A stretch of 64,000 bases of DNA, from NCBI GenBank assembly GCA_964016885.1, contig OZ024763.1, forward strand, positions 16,678,001 to 16,742,000, given 5' to 3'. The stretch is from Eledone cirrhosa. Its lineage: Eukaryota. Positions 29,219 to 45,879 of the stretch are shown one piece after another (within the stretch, counting starts at the first letter, position 1; each line of letters begins with the position of its first letter). The notes below the pieces were generated by a model. The model was given only the letters and a program-made list of their open reading frames with translations. It was not told the DNA's origin and made no database searches. Both the position numbers and the translations under genes were made by a program.

Positions 29219-30440
29219 TGTAACACAAGAGTTTTTGTATGCAGATGACTGCAATCTTTTTGCACACTCACAAAGTGACGTGCAGCATATTATGAACTCT
29301 TTTTCTGAAGCTTGCAGCGCTTTGGGTCTCACAATAAGCTTGGAAAAGACTGTTGTGATGTATCAGCCAGCACCTGGAAAAGAGTACACTACACCAAGTG
29401 TGTACGTGTACGGAAAGGGGCTACAAGTTGCTGACAGGGTTGTGTACCATGGTAGTACGCTGAACAACTCATGCACACTGGATGATGAAGTATCCTTAAG
29501 AATCAAGAAAGCCAGGGATGCTCTTGGACAGCTGCATCAACGTTTATGGTCCCGACGAGGTATCACTATCGAAACCAAGGTGAAAGTGTATCTGACTTGT
29601 GTCGTCTCCTCTTTGCTTTATACTTGTGAAACGTGGGTCAGATACAGAAAGCACCCCAAGGAACTGGAGAGGTTTCACCAACAATCTCTTCGTAAGTTAC
29701 TTGGGGTGCGATGAAAAATGTTCGTCAGTGATTTGGAAGTTCTCGAACGGAGGAGGTGCGTGACTATAGAGAGCATAATCTTTCGGCATCGGTTGAGGTG
29801 GTGCAGACATGTGATCCGGATGTCTGATAATCGTATTCCAAAGCAACATCCCTACGGAGAACTGTGTGAAGGAAGGCGACCACCACACAAACCCAAAAAT
29901 GCAGTTCCAGGACCGTGTCAGGGGCACCTTGGTTTGTGCGGGAATTTCATCTGACGAATGGGAGAAAATGGCTGAGGAACGTGTGAAGTGGAGACGTTTG
30001 ATCAAGCCGGGTAGTGAACATTTTGAAACTCGTCGGAGAGAACACCTTGCACTGAACAGGAAGATAAGGGAAGGAGACTGTTCTGAACTGCCTGCTGTTG
30101 AGCAACATCTGGTTTGCCAGCTCTGTGGTCGAGTCTGCCGGAGTAAAGCTGGTTTGACTAGACACAAACAAAGCCATATCAGTAGACCTCATGTAGATTA
30201 TGATCTGAAAAAAGTGTAAAGAATGTGGCAAGGAATGTGGTAGCATGGGAGGTCTTAAAAGACACATGAGAACACACAGCCAGAACAAAGCAATGGGAAG
30301 TCCTGGAGGAGCCTACAGTTGCCATGTATGTGCCAGAGGGTGCAAGTCTTTGGCTGGTTTAAAGAGCCACATTCGTGCCTCACATTTTTGAGCATTTTAT
30401 CAGGCGACGGCAATGCTCGAACACGAGTTTGCGGCCATCA

Positions 30441-31465
30441 TGTGTATGCATGTGTGTATGTATGTATGTGTGTGTGTGTGTGTCTGTCTGTCTGTATATG
30501 TGTGTGTGTGTGTGTTTTTATGTATGTATGTGTATGTGTATGTGTGTATGTATGTATTATGTATGTGTGTTTGTATGTGTGTGTTTGTATGTATGTATGT
30601 GTATATATGTATGTGTATGTGTGTGTATGTATGTGTATATATGTATGTCTGTGTGTGTATGTATGTATATATATGTATGTGTGTGTGTATGTATGTATGT
30701 GTATATATGTGTATGTATGTGTGTGTATGTATGTATATGTGTATGTATGTGTACATATATGTATGTATGTATGTGTGTGTATGTATGTATGTATGTACGT
30801 GTGTGTATGTATGTGTATATATGTATGTATGTACGTGTGTGTATGTATGTGTATATATGTATGTATGTATGTATGTGTGTGTATGTATGTATGTATATGT
30901 GTGTATGTATGTATGTGTTTTTATGTATGTATGTATGTGTATATATGTGTGTGTGTATGTATGTGTGTGTATGTGTATATATGTATGTATGTATGTATAT
31001 ATGTGTATGTATGTATGTGTACATATATGTATTATGTATGTGTGTATGTATGTGTATGTATGTATGTGTATATATGTATGTATGTATGTATGTATGTGTA
31101 TATATATATATGTATATATATGTGTATGTATGTATGCATGTGTATGTATGTGTATGTATGTATGTGTGTGTGTATGTATATGTGTATGTATGTATATATA
31201 CAAATATAAATTCAGCGAGAATCGCATTTCGGCGGGTAGAGATGTTTATATATATATATATATATGTTTGTATGTATGTATGTATGTATGTATGTGCATG
31301 TATGTGTGTGTATGTATGTATGTATGTATATATGCATATATGTATGTATGTATACAAAGGGCGGAAGAACTCATAAGGGTCAACGGCCATCCAAAAGTGT
31401 GTAAATATGTATATACACATGTACATGTCTGTGTATATGTGTATATACATGAGTGCATGTATATG
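30441..31465. repeat. (TATG)n/(TG)n microsatellite field
   Basis: Direct reading. Confidence 0.9.
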
Positions 31466-31467
31466 TG

Positions 31468-31822
31468 TATGCGCGGGGACATAGAAATAGTCGGGCTGGA
31501 CACCCGATCGCACGGTTAAACCACTGGGAGTGAAGGACCCCTAGCCTTTGTCAGGGCATTCTTCTAGGAGAAGGCAACTCAGGAAACTGGGATAACTCCG
31601 ATATAAAACCTGCGGCTCACTAGTTACCGATGATGTTGATCTTTTCTTCTTTTCAGGTTATAGCTACTGTCTCTCAGAGAGTGGGATTGGCTCAGTGCAC
31701 AGTCTTTCCTCACTTTAAAAAATATCTTAACGCACAGGCATTGCACAATAGAATTAATTAATAATTATTAATAATGGTATATCGTGCAATGGCCATACTC
31801 GATAACAAAGGGGCAGCCATCA
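31468..31822 (+). mobile_element. Possible non-autonomous bipartite RTE-derived element
   Basis: 5' part resembles RTE 5' regions (cctagcctttgtcagggca..tctaggagaaggcaactc; from recall, unverified); 3' tail ggccatactcgataacaaaggggcagccatcat resembles the RTE-C end at 30408-30440 and 37367-37399. Confidence 0.45.
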
Positions 31823-31841
31823 TATATGTATATATATATAA

Positions 31842-32416
31842 ATGTGAAGTTATGTTGGTACCACAACATCCAGTCCAAAACAAATGAGGTCGTGTAGGTG
31901 TCACGACAAAAAAACACACAGTCCACGCTGTAATGTGGCCGTGTAGGTAACATGGTAAAAACACACAGTCCACGCTGTAATGTGGCCGTGTAGGTAACAC
32001 AGTAAAAACACACAGTCCACGCTGTAATGTGGCCGTGTAGGTAACAGTAAAAACACACAGTCCACGCTGTAATGTGGCCGTGTAGGTAACACAGTAAGAA
32101 CACACAGTCCACGCTGTAATGTGGCCGTGTAGGTAACACAGTAAAAACACACAGTCCACGCTGTAATGTGGCCGTGTAGGTAACACAGTAAAAACACACA
32201 GTCCACGCTGTAATGTGGCCGTGTAGGTAACACGGTAAAAACCTCCCAGTCCACACTGTAAACGTGGTTGGTGTTAGGAAGGGCATCCAGCCGTAGAAAA
32301 CCCGCCAGACAGTCCTATACGAGCAGGACAACAAATCTTACCTCAAGTGGGAAACCTCCCATCCAAACCCATGCAAGCATGGAAGATGGACATTAAACGA
32401 TGATGATGATGATGAT
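31842..32416 (+). mobile_element. RTE-A 3'UTR copy with the 47-bp module amplified about 7 times
   Basis: Matches 61925-62333; unit taaaaacacacagtccacgctgtaatgtggccgtgtaggtaacacag. Confidence 0.9.
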
Positions 32417-32728
32417 GTATGTATGTTCTGGTTTTATATTTTTATAAATTTTTACCAATAAAGAGAGAGTGGGTTTCTAACATAGACACATGACTCTCAT
32501 TGGAATTTACACAACATCAACTAGGTAGATATGTATCTTTCTGTGTGTTTATGTATGTGTGTGTGTATGTAGGTATATATGTATGTGTGTATGTATGTAT
32601 GTGTATATATATATATATTTTCCTTGCAAGCAGGGAAAAGCGGACGTAAAATGATGATGATGATGTATGTAAGTATGTATGTATGTATGTGTGAATGTAT
32701 GTATGTGTGTATGTATGTATGTATGTAC

Positions 32729-32776
<48 letters not shown>

Positions 32777-33602
32777 GACTGTATGTATGTGTGTATGTAT
32801 ATATGCATGTGACTGTATGTATGTGTGTATGTATGTACATATGTATGTGTGTATGTATGTACATATGTATGTGTGTATGTATGTACATATGTGTGTGTAT
32901 ATATATATGTATGTATGTGACTGTGTGTATGTATGTATGTACATATGTATGTGTGTATATATATATATATGTATGTCACTGTATGTGTGTATGTATGTAT
33001 GTACATATGTATGTGTGTATATATATGTATGTATGTGACTATGTATGTCTGTATGTACATATGTGTGTATATATATGTATGTATGTGACTGTATGTCTGT
33101 ATGTACATATGTATGTGTGTATATATATATGTATGTATATGACTGTATGTGTGTATGTATGTATGTACATATGTATGTGAGTATATATATGTATGTATGT
33201 GACTGTATGTATGTATGTGTGTATATATATGTATGGATGTGACTGTGTGTGTGTATGTATGTACATGTATGTGTGTATATATATATGTATCTATATGACT
33301 GTGTGTATGTATGTACATATGTATGTGTGTATATATATATGTATGTATGTCACTGTATGTGTGTATGTGTGTATGTACATATGTATGTGTGTATATATAT
33401 GTATGTATGTCACTGTATGTGTGTATGTGTGTATGTACATATGTATGTGTGTATATATATGTATGTATGTGACTGTATATATCATCAGTGGTGCTATTAT
33501 GTTCCTCCTGTTGTATTGTATACCTACGCCATATTACAACAGTATGACCCTCTCCAAGTATAACAATATATATATATATATATATATGCATATATTTATA
33601 TG

Positions 33603-33640
<38 letters not shown>

Positions 33641-33785
33641 GTACATATATGTGTACACACACACACATATCATCATCATCATTGTTTAACGTCTATCTTT
33701 CATGCTAGCATGGGTTTAGACATATATATATTATATATATATATATATTATATATATATATATATTATATATATATATATATATA

Positions 33786-33945
33786 TACGATATTAAACAA
33801 ATGGAAACTATATTTATAAAACCATATTTATTTCATTATACATATTTCAGGGATACCTTATTAAAAATATGTTGAGTGCTTTATATCAGTTATAAAATAT
33901 TTACTTGTTGTAACCCAACAATTTTAAATAAAACTTTTGCATATA
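33786..33945. mobile_element. Rearranged (internally inverted) fragment of the 38338-39528 element family
   Basis: 33786-33857 matches 38424-38495 in the same orientation; 33862-33940 is the reverse complement of about 38338-38415. Confidence 0.75.
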
Positions 33946-34094
33946 TATATGTATATATATATAACAAAGGAATTGTGGTAAGGAACCAGATGGACCATAA
34001 CGCACCAGAGTACTCAATACTTAGGGCGAAACGGCTTGAGCTCTGCCGTCGGGGTCATACTTTTTCCTATTTCCCACTCTACTACCCTAGAATT

Positions 34095-34616
34095 TGCATC
34101 ACCAGTCTGGAACCCCTATCTTGCTCAGGACATTGACCGCCTGGAAACTGTTCAGAGACGTGCAACCAAGCGAATACCCTCCATCAGGCATCTACCATAC
34201 TCTGAGCGCCTTGCTTCCCTGGGCATGGATTCATTGAAGCTCCGACGCCTGGCAACTGACTTGGTAAACACCCACAAAATTGTTAACCATGTTGCCAACA
34301 ACAACCCTGAGTACCTTTTTGATTTACATGTGTCTAACACACGTGGACATGCCCACAAAGTAAGAAAACAGCACAGTTCCCATGACTTTCGGAAACATTT
34401 TTTCACGCTCAGCATGGAACAAACTACCTGCATCAGTTGTTAGCTGTCAAGACACTGTATCCTTTAAGGCCTCCATGCTTCCCGAGATCCGCCAACAGTA
34501 CAGCTAACACATACACACATGTACTTCCCTGACATTTGTGTATTATTCTATGTACTATACATACACCTTTGACGAGTTGTAGTGCACCTGAGCACTTTAC
34601 ACAATAATTTCATTAT
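34095..34616 (+). mobile_element. CR1-clade LINE 3' fragment
   Basis: LEFASPVWNPYLAQDIDRLETVQRRATK..LPYSERL..LKLRRL..TRGH..RKHFFTL; same 3'UTR as 24301-24748. Confidence 0.92.
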
Positions 34617-34921
34617 ATCATTATATTATATATATACACACACACACACGCACAGCCGGCTGGCTGGAACAGGTAAAAGAGTATGTAAAGATATGTTAAC
34701 ATTTCTCTGGGATATTGGACAGGTAGATGGAAAAGTAGGAGGTGGAGGTGTAGTGTAAGACAGGAGGTGGATTGTAAGTGGAAGCGGTGGGGGGTGGGGA
34801 GTGTAAGTGGTGTCACTTTATTAATCTGTGAAGACAAGGTTAGTTGATCTGCGAAATGTGTCTGGGCTGCAACTGTCTGTAGACATCACTGCACCTCCCT
34901 ACAGATGCAGCAGTAGCAGCT

Positions 34922-35770
34922 GCACCACCACACCACCACCACCACTACCACCACCACATCACCACACCATTAACTCTACCACCACAACACCATCACCTCT
35001 ACCACCACACCATCACTACCACCATACCATCAACTCTACCACCACCACCACACCATCACCACCACCACCACACCATCACCATCACCGCACCATCACCACC
35101 ACACCATCACCTCTACGGCCACACCATCACCTCTACCACCACACCATCACCACCACACCATCACCATCACCTCTACCACCACACCATCACCTCTACCACC
35201 ATACCATCACATCTACAACCACACCATCACCATCACCACCACCACACCATCACCACCACCACCACACCATCACCACCACCACTCCATCACATCTACCACC
35301 ACACCATCACATCTACCACCACACCATCACCACCACCATACCATCACATCTACCACCACACCATCACAGCTACAACCACACCATCACCACCACCATACCA
35401 TCACCTCTACCACCACACCATCACCTCTACCACCATACCATCACCTCTACCACCACACCATCACCACCACCACTCCATCACATCTACCACCACACCATCA
35501 CATCTACCACCACACCATCACCACCACCATACCATCACATCTACCACCACACCATCACCACCACCATACCATCACATCTACCACCACACCATCACAGCTA
35601 CAACCACACCATCACCACCAGCACACCATCAACTCTCCCACCACACCATCACCACCACCACCACATCATCACCTCTACCACCACACCATCACCACCACGA
35701 CACTATCAACTCTACCACCACACCATCACATCTACCACCACACCACCACACCATCAACTCTACCACCACA
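34922..35770. repeat. (CAC/CAT)-derived minisatellite (accatcacctctaccaccac)
   Basis: Direct reading. Confidence 0.9.
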
Positions 35771-35783
35771 TATATATATATAT

Positions 35784-35920
35784 ATATTGTTATACTTGGG
35801 GAGGGTCATATTGTTATAATATTGCCAGAAATAATACCAGAACACACTCACTGTGAGTGTGTTCTGTAATTATTTCTGGCAATATTATAACAATATGACC
35901 CTCCCCAAGTATAACAATAT
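35784..35920. repeat. Near-perfect palindrome (~68-bp arms) within (TA)n
   Basis: atattgttatacttggggagggtcatattg...ctcac t gtgag...caatatgaccctccccaagtataacaatat; related single arm at about 33530-33570. Confidence 0.9.
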
Positions 35921-36033
35921 TTGTTTCGACACGATTTCATATCAAAAACCTTGCAAAACAAATATATATATATATATATATAGTAATAATAATAAGCAGC
36001 GATTCTTTGCTTAAACTTTAATCTGTTATTTTA

Positions 36034-36079
<46 letters not shown>

Positions 36080-36554
36080 CTATATGAGCGAGACGTGCCT
36101 CAAGTGGGGACAACTCCCGTCTAACCCATGCTAGCGTGGAAAATGGACGTTAAACGATGATGATGATGATGATGATGATATGTATAGTAATAATAAATGT
36201 AAAGACTAAAATCCAAAGAGGGCTCAATAAGAATTATATTTATATATATAGTGAAAGAGTGAAGAATAACATGGTCAACAGTACAAAAAGGGTTTTATTT
36301 ACAGTATTAACAACTGTTTCACTGATTAGGGTGTCTAAAAATTGCTAATCACTTGAAGTTGTGTCACTCAATTTTAAACACGATGTATGCTTAACCAAAT
36401 CATCAGATAACTGAATGAAATTAACTTGCATAGGAATTCCCCAAAACTCATAAACTCGGTACCTAAGGAAACCTCTTGTTGAGTCAAACAACGCTGTACG
36501 CTGAAACTATCCACAATACGGAGTACTCACAACCTCTAACTGGATTACCTATAA

Positions 36555-36945
36555 CGATAATGATGGTGATGGTGATGGTGTTGATTAGTGATCATGATAA
36601 TGGTGATGGTGGTGATGATGATGATGGTGATGGTTGATGGTGATGGTGTTGATTAGTGATCCTGATAATGGTGATGGTGGTGATGATGGTGATGATGATG
36701 GTGATGATGATGATGATGATGATTAGTGATCCTGATGATGATGATGGTGATGGTGTTGATTAGTGGTCATGATAATGGTGATGATGGTGATGATGATGGT
36801 GATGGTGTTGATTAGTGGTCATGATAATGGTGATGGTGGTGATGATGGTGATGATGATGGTGATGATGATGATGATAATGATGACGATAGTGATGGTAAT
36901 GATGATGATGATGGTGGTGGTGGTGGTATGGTGGGGGATGGTGAT
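36555..36945. repeat. (GAT/GGT)n tract
   Basis: Direct reading. Confidence 0.9.
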
Positions 36946-37221
36946 AGGAGAGAGTGAAAAAACCCCCACATAATAGTAAATAATGAGTAAATAAGTAAGT
37001 AATTGAAACAAAGAAAGGGGAGGTAAATAAATGAATTACTATAAATCTTGAAAATAGAAATAAAAGGTTGTTTGTGGTGTTAGGTTGGAGCAAAACCAAT
37101 TGATTTTATAGATGGATGGTTTCACTGATACTAATTACTATATAGTGGAATATCAGTGTGTGTGTGGGTTTATGTGTGTATTATATATGCGTGGGTGTGT
37201 GTGTGGGTTTATGTGTGTGTA

Positions 37222-37289
<68 letters not shown>

Positions 37290-37331
37290 CATAGGTTTAT
37301 GTGTGTATTATATATATATAATGTGATTGTA

Positions 37332-37368
<37 letters not shown>

Positions 37369-37874
37369 CCATACTCGATAACAAGGGGGCAGCCATCATG
37401 TATATATATATATGTATATATATATATGTATATATGTATGTATATATGAATATATGTATGTATATATGAATATATATATATATATATATTGTTTGTATAT
37501 ATTATATGTATGTATATGTGTATGTATATGAATATATATATATTATGTATGTTATATATTATATATATGTATATTTATATATTTGTATATATATGTATAT
37601 ATTATATATATGTATATACGTATATATATATATATATACATACATATAATTATATATACATATAATTATAATATATATATATACATATATATATGTATAT
37701 ATATATATTATATATATGTATATACATATACGTATATATATATATATATACATATAATTATATATACATATAATTATAATATATATATATACATATATGT
37801 ATGTATATATGTGTGTATATATACATTTGTATATGTATGTCTGTATATGTGTGTGTGTGTATATATATATATAT

Positions 37875-38208
37875 ATCATCATTTCATTTTACATCCGCCT
37901 TTCCCTGCTTGCAAGGGTGGGACAGGAACTGATTTGGCTTGATTTCTACAGCTGGATGCCCTTCCTAACACCAACCTCATTTACAGTGAGTGCTGGGTGC
38001 TTTTTTGCCGTGGCGCCTACACGTCCACTTTACAGTGGAATGATAGGGACCCTAGTCCCTATCATCTCATTTTTACAGCTGAGTAAACTGGAGCAATGTG
38101 AAATAAAGTGTCTTGCTCAAGGAAACAACACATCACCCGGTCTGAGAATTGAACTCACAACCTTTCGATTGCAAGGCCAATGCTCTAACCACTAAGCCAT
38201 GTGCCTCC
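37875..38208 (-). mobile_element. Full-length SINE family A (tRNA head, CORE-like domain, RTE tail)
   Basis: Reverse complement of 41482-41817. Confidence 0.92.
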
Positions 38209-38209
38209 A

Positions 38210-39528
<1,319 letters not shown>

Positions 39529-40137
39529 ATATTATATATGTATATATATATAATATATATATATATATATAAACAATATACATTTGTACATATATATAAT
39601 ATATATATATAAACAATATACATATGTATATATAATATATATCTATATAAACAATATATATACATATATATATATATATATGTACAAACAAAACAATGAA
39701 AACGCACACAAAACACAGAAAAATCACACCACCACCACTACACCACCACCACCAACACCACCACCACCACCAACACCACCACCACCAACACCACCACCAC
39801 CAACACCACCACCACTACTACCAACATCACCACCACCAATACCAGCACCACCTAATAAAGCATAAAACTTATCATTGGTTGTTTTATTACAAAGAGAGCA
39901 ATACTTCATCTGGTATCTTGGCACTTCCATTAGATTGACAGATGGAGCAGGATATATAATTTCTCGTAAATATTCCCCCCCAAAAAATCGTCACACTATA
40001 TATATTGTGGCAATATTTTTGTCTAAAATAGAATTGGTCAGGTTTTAATCAAAAAGCCGGCATTTCAGGCAAATAAACTAAACTGTTATAATGTGGTTTA
40101 GCTTAATTTATTTAATTTTCCTTTCATTTTCTATTTC

Positions 40138-40174
<37 letters not shown>

Positions 40175-40565
40175 CTTTTCTTTTCTTTTTTCTTTTTTCT
40201 TTTTTCTTTGTTTTTGTTTTACTTTGTTTTTCTTTTTCTTTGTTTTTCTTTTCTTTTCCTTTAGTTGTGATTCATTTCTCTCTCTCTTTCATTTCTCTAT
40301 TTCTCTTTCACATCTCTCTTTCATTTCTCTCTCTCTCCCTTTCATCTCTCTTGCTTCTCTCTTTCTCTTTTCTCTCTCCCTCTCTCATCTCTCTTTCTCT
40401 TTTCTCTCTCTGTTTCTCTTTCTTTCAATATATTTATGTGTATGTGCGTGTACTTGTGTGTACGTGTGTACGTGTGTGTGTGTACAGTGAAGTGTTAAAT
40501 CAACATATATTGATTTAACACTTCACGGCTCGCAAGTGTTTTTTAGGCTTCATATCATGTCTCCC

Positions 40566-40636
40566 TATTTTATCTGATGAGAACGCAAATATCATCCCAT
40601 GATGATATTTGTTTTTGAAATGCGCATAATAAAATA
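40566..40636 (+). ncRNA. Minimal type I hammerhead ribozyme motif
   Basis: tattttat-CTGATGA-gaacg caaatatcatc ccat gatgatatttg ttttt-GAAA-tgcgcat-A-ataaaata: 8-bp stem I, 11-bp core of stem II, palindromic stem III ATGCGCAT, AUA triplet. Confidence 0.8.
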
Positions 40637-40666
40637 CATGGAACTCTTTTAACCATCTTTTGATTT

Positions 40667-40733
<67 letters not shown>

Positions 40734-40751
40734 TGTATATAGAGAGAGAGA

Positions 40752-41086
40752 AAAAAAATTGAAATCGAAAATGCAACTGGAGTCTTATTTTAAAAAATAT
40801 GTATATATTTATTTGGTTCCTTTACCGGTTTCGCAGTTCTTCTGATTTTCAAAAGTAGAGTTGAGATGAAGGGTCTGTGGTTTTTCTCACAGACCCTCCA
40901 TCTCAACTCTACTTTTGAAAATCAGAAGAACTGCGAAACCGGTAAAGGAACCAAATAAATATATATATATTTTTTTAAAAATAAGACTCCAGTTGCATTT
41001 TCGATTTCATCTTTTTTTTCTCTATACTTTCACTCGTGGAGGACACCTCGGTTATTTTTCATTTTGTAAAACCTCACTTTCTAATA
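40752..41086. mobile_element. Second copy of the palindromic hammerhead element (compare 25655-25990)
   Basis: Same arms; loop tggtttttctca; TTGAAAA core motif at 40912-40947. Confidence 0.82.
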
Positions 41087-41147
41087 TCTATATATATATC
41101 TATATATATATATCTATACATCCCCCTACTCTCCTCCACTGCCATCA

Positions 41148-41462
41148 ACACCACCCCTTTCTATGTAAAGTTATGTTGGTACCACAACATCCAATCCTAA
41201 ATAAATGAGGTCGTGTAGGTGTCACGACAAAAAAAAAACACACACAGTCCACGCTGTAATGTGGCCGTGTAGGTAACACGGTAAAAACCTCCCAGCCCAC
41301 ACTGTAAATGTGGTTGGTATTAGGAAGGGCATCCAGCTATAGAAAACCTGCCAGATACAATCCTATATGAGTGAGACGACCAATCTTGCCTCAAGTGGGA
41401 CAATTCCCGTCTAAACCCATGCTAGCATGGAAGATAGATGTTAAACGATGATGATGATGATG
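41148..41462 (+). mobile_element. RTE-A 3'UTR fragment
   Basis: Matches 61915-62333; (GAT)n tail. Confidence 0.88.
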
Positions 41463-41481
41463 GATATATATATATATATGT

Positions 41482-41817
41482 GGAGGCACATGGCTTAGTG
41501 GTTAGAGCATTGGCCTTGCAATCGAAAGGTTGTGAGTTCAATTCTCAGACCGGGTGATGTGTTGTTTCCTTGAGCAAGACACTTTATTTCACATTGCTCC
41601 AGTTTACTCAGCTGTAGAAATGAGATGATAGGGTCTGGGGTCCCTATCATTCCACTGCAAAGTGGTCTTGTAGGTGCCACGGCAAAAAAAGCACCCAGCA
41701 CTCACTGTAAATGAGGTTGGTGTTAGGAAGGGCATCCAGCTGTAGAAATCAAGCCAGAATCAGTTCCCGTCCCACCCTTGCAAGCAGGGAAAAGTGGACG
41801 TAAAATGAAATGATGAT
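41482..41817 (+). mobile_element. Full-length SINE family A (CORE-SINE-like)
   Basis: A-box tggcttagtgg, B-box gagttcaattc; ccttgagcaagacacttt..gctccagtttactcagctgtagaaatg resembles the MIR CORE; internal hairpin; RTE tail. Confidence 0.92.
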
Positions 41818-41844
41818 ATGTGTGTGTGTGTGTGAGAGAGAAAA

Positions 41845-42175
41845 GAAGAGCTTAAATGAACTGAGGGAGAAGCTGGGTTTAATAGGAATACGAGGTGGTG
41901 TGCAGGAGAGAAGACTGTGTTGATACGGACTGGGGATGTGCATGGAGGATGATCTCTGGGTGAAGAACTGTCAGGAAATCCTAGTGGAAGGGGGCTGCAA
42001 TAGAGAAAGACCAAGAAAGATCTGGGAAGAGGTGGTGAGAGCTGACCTTAAATCACTGAGACTCACAGAAAAGATGACAAAGGAATGTGACGATGGGGAG
42101 AGATGCTGTGCTGAGAAGGACCCGTCCAACCCATGCAAGCATTGTAAAAATGGATATAAAATCAATGATAATGAT
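41845..42175 (+). mobile_element. Decayed RTE 3' fragment related to family B
   Basis: [45 protein letters not shown]; tail cccgtccaacccatgcaagc. Confidence 0.85.
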
Positions 42176-42560
42176 GGTGATGGTGGTGATGATAATGATG
42201 ATTATGGTGATGATAGTGGTGATGGTGGTGATGATGATAATGATGATTATGGTGATGATGGTGGTGATGATTATGGTGGTGATGGTGGTGGTGATGGTGG
42301 TGGTGGTGATGATGATTATGGTGATGACGGTGGTGATTATGGTGATAATGATGATGATGATGATGATAATGATGATTATGGTGATGATGATTATGGTGGT
42401 GATGATGATTATGATGGTGATGGTGATGATAATGATGGTGATGATTATGGTGATTATGGTGATTATGATGGTGATGATGATGGTGGTGATGATGGTGATG
42501 GTGGTGGTGATGATGGTGATGATGGTGAAGATAGTAGTTATTATGATGGTGATGGTGATG
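42175..42560. repeat. (GAT/GGT)n tract directly continuing the RTE tail
   Basis: Direct reading. Confidence 0.9.
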
Positions 42561-42659
42561 TCTACCTCTTCAGTGTCCTCTCGTTTTATTTGACTTCATT
42601 GAATTTACTTAACAATCTCAGCCAGACAGGACTTTGTATTTCAGTGGAGACTCAACGAC

Positions 42660-45105
<2,446 letters not shown>

Positions 45106-45364
45106 AATAAGATATTGATAATGGAATAATATAATTCCATATCATAGTGACATTCCTGACCATATATGTGTTGCTTGGGAACGCAGGGAAGACATACTGG
45201 AAAACAACAACAATAACAAAAATAATAGCAAAAACAACATAAAGAGAAAAAGAAAAGATAAGAAAATGGTGAGAGAGAAAAGAAAAAAAAAGAATTATGA
45301 ACAATTTAAAGTCCTTCTATTTTATTGCATCATATGCAATAATAAACAGATTTAATGAGGAATT

Positions 45365-45385
45365 ATATATATGTTTGTATATAGT

Positions 45386-45416
<31 letters not shown>

Positions 45417-45500
45417 TAGTAATATATACTTATATATATGTATATATATATATACTTATATATATATATATATTATTATATATATATATATATGTATATA

Positions 45501-45540
<40 letters not shown>

Positions 45541-45551
45541 TATATATAGTA

Positions 45552-45585
<34 letters not shown>

Positions 45586-45606
45586 TTATATATACTTATA
45601 TATATG

Positions 45607-45637
<31 letters not shown>

Positions 45638-45798
45638 GTATATTTATATATACTTATATATATGTATATACATATATATATACTTATATATATGTATATA
45701 TATGTATAGTAATATATACTTATATGTATATATATATATATGTATAGTAATATATACTTATATGTATATATATATGTATAGTAATATATACATATATG

Positions 45799-45831
<33 letters not shown>

Positions 45832-45848
45832 GTATAGTAATATATACA

Positions 45849-45879
<31 letters not shown>

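Larger units (their letters stand above)
28106..30440 (+). pseudogene. Decayed RTE (BovB-like) LINE, family C: RT domain and three C-terminal C2H2 fingers, interrupted by SINEs
   Basis: AFVDLTKAFDSVNR..LWKI..KLGCPPKFV; GVKQADILAPALF; FLYADDC; GLTISLEKT; LLYTCETW; RLRWCRHVIRM; frameshifts and stops. Confidence 0.92.

Noticed and set aside
31494-31570. HDV-like ribozyme (gggctgg/ctagcct could form P1)
   Set aside because: Could not place P3/L3, P1.1 or the catalytic J4/2 strand
36305-36370. Minus-strand hammerhead-like remnant (tgattag/ctaatca stem, GAAACAGTTGTT)
   Set aside because: CUGANGA core is absent; too degenerate to call
41482-41553. tRNA gene
   Set aside because: A/B boxes belong to a SINE head continuing into CORE-like and LINE-derived parts; no acceptor stem closure or terminator
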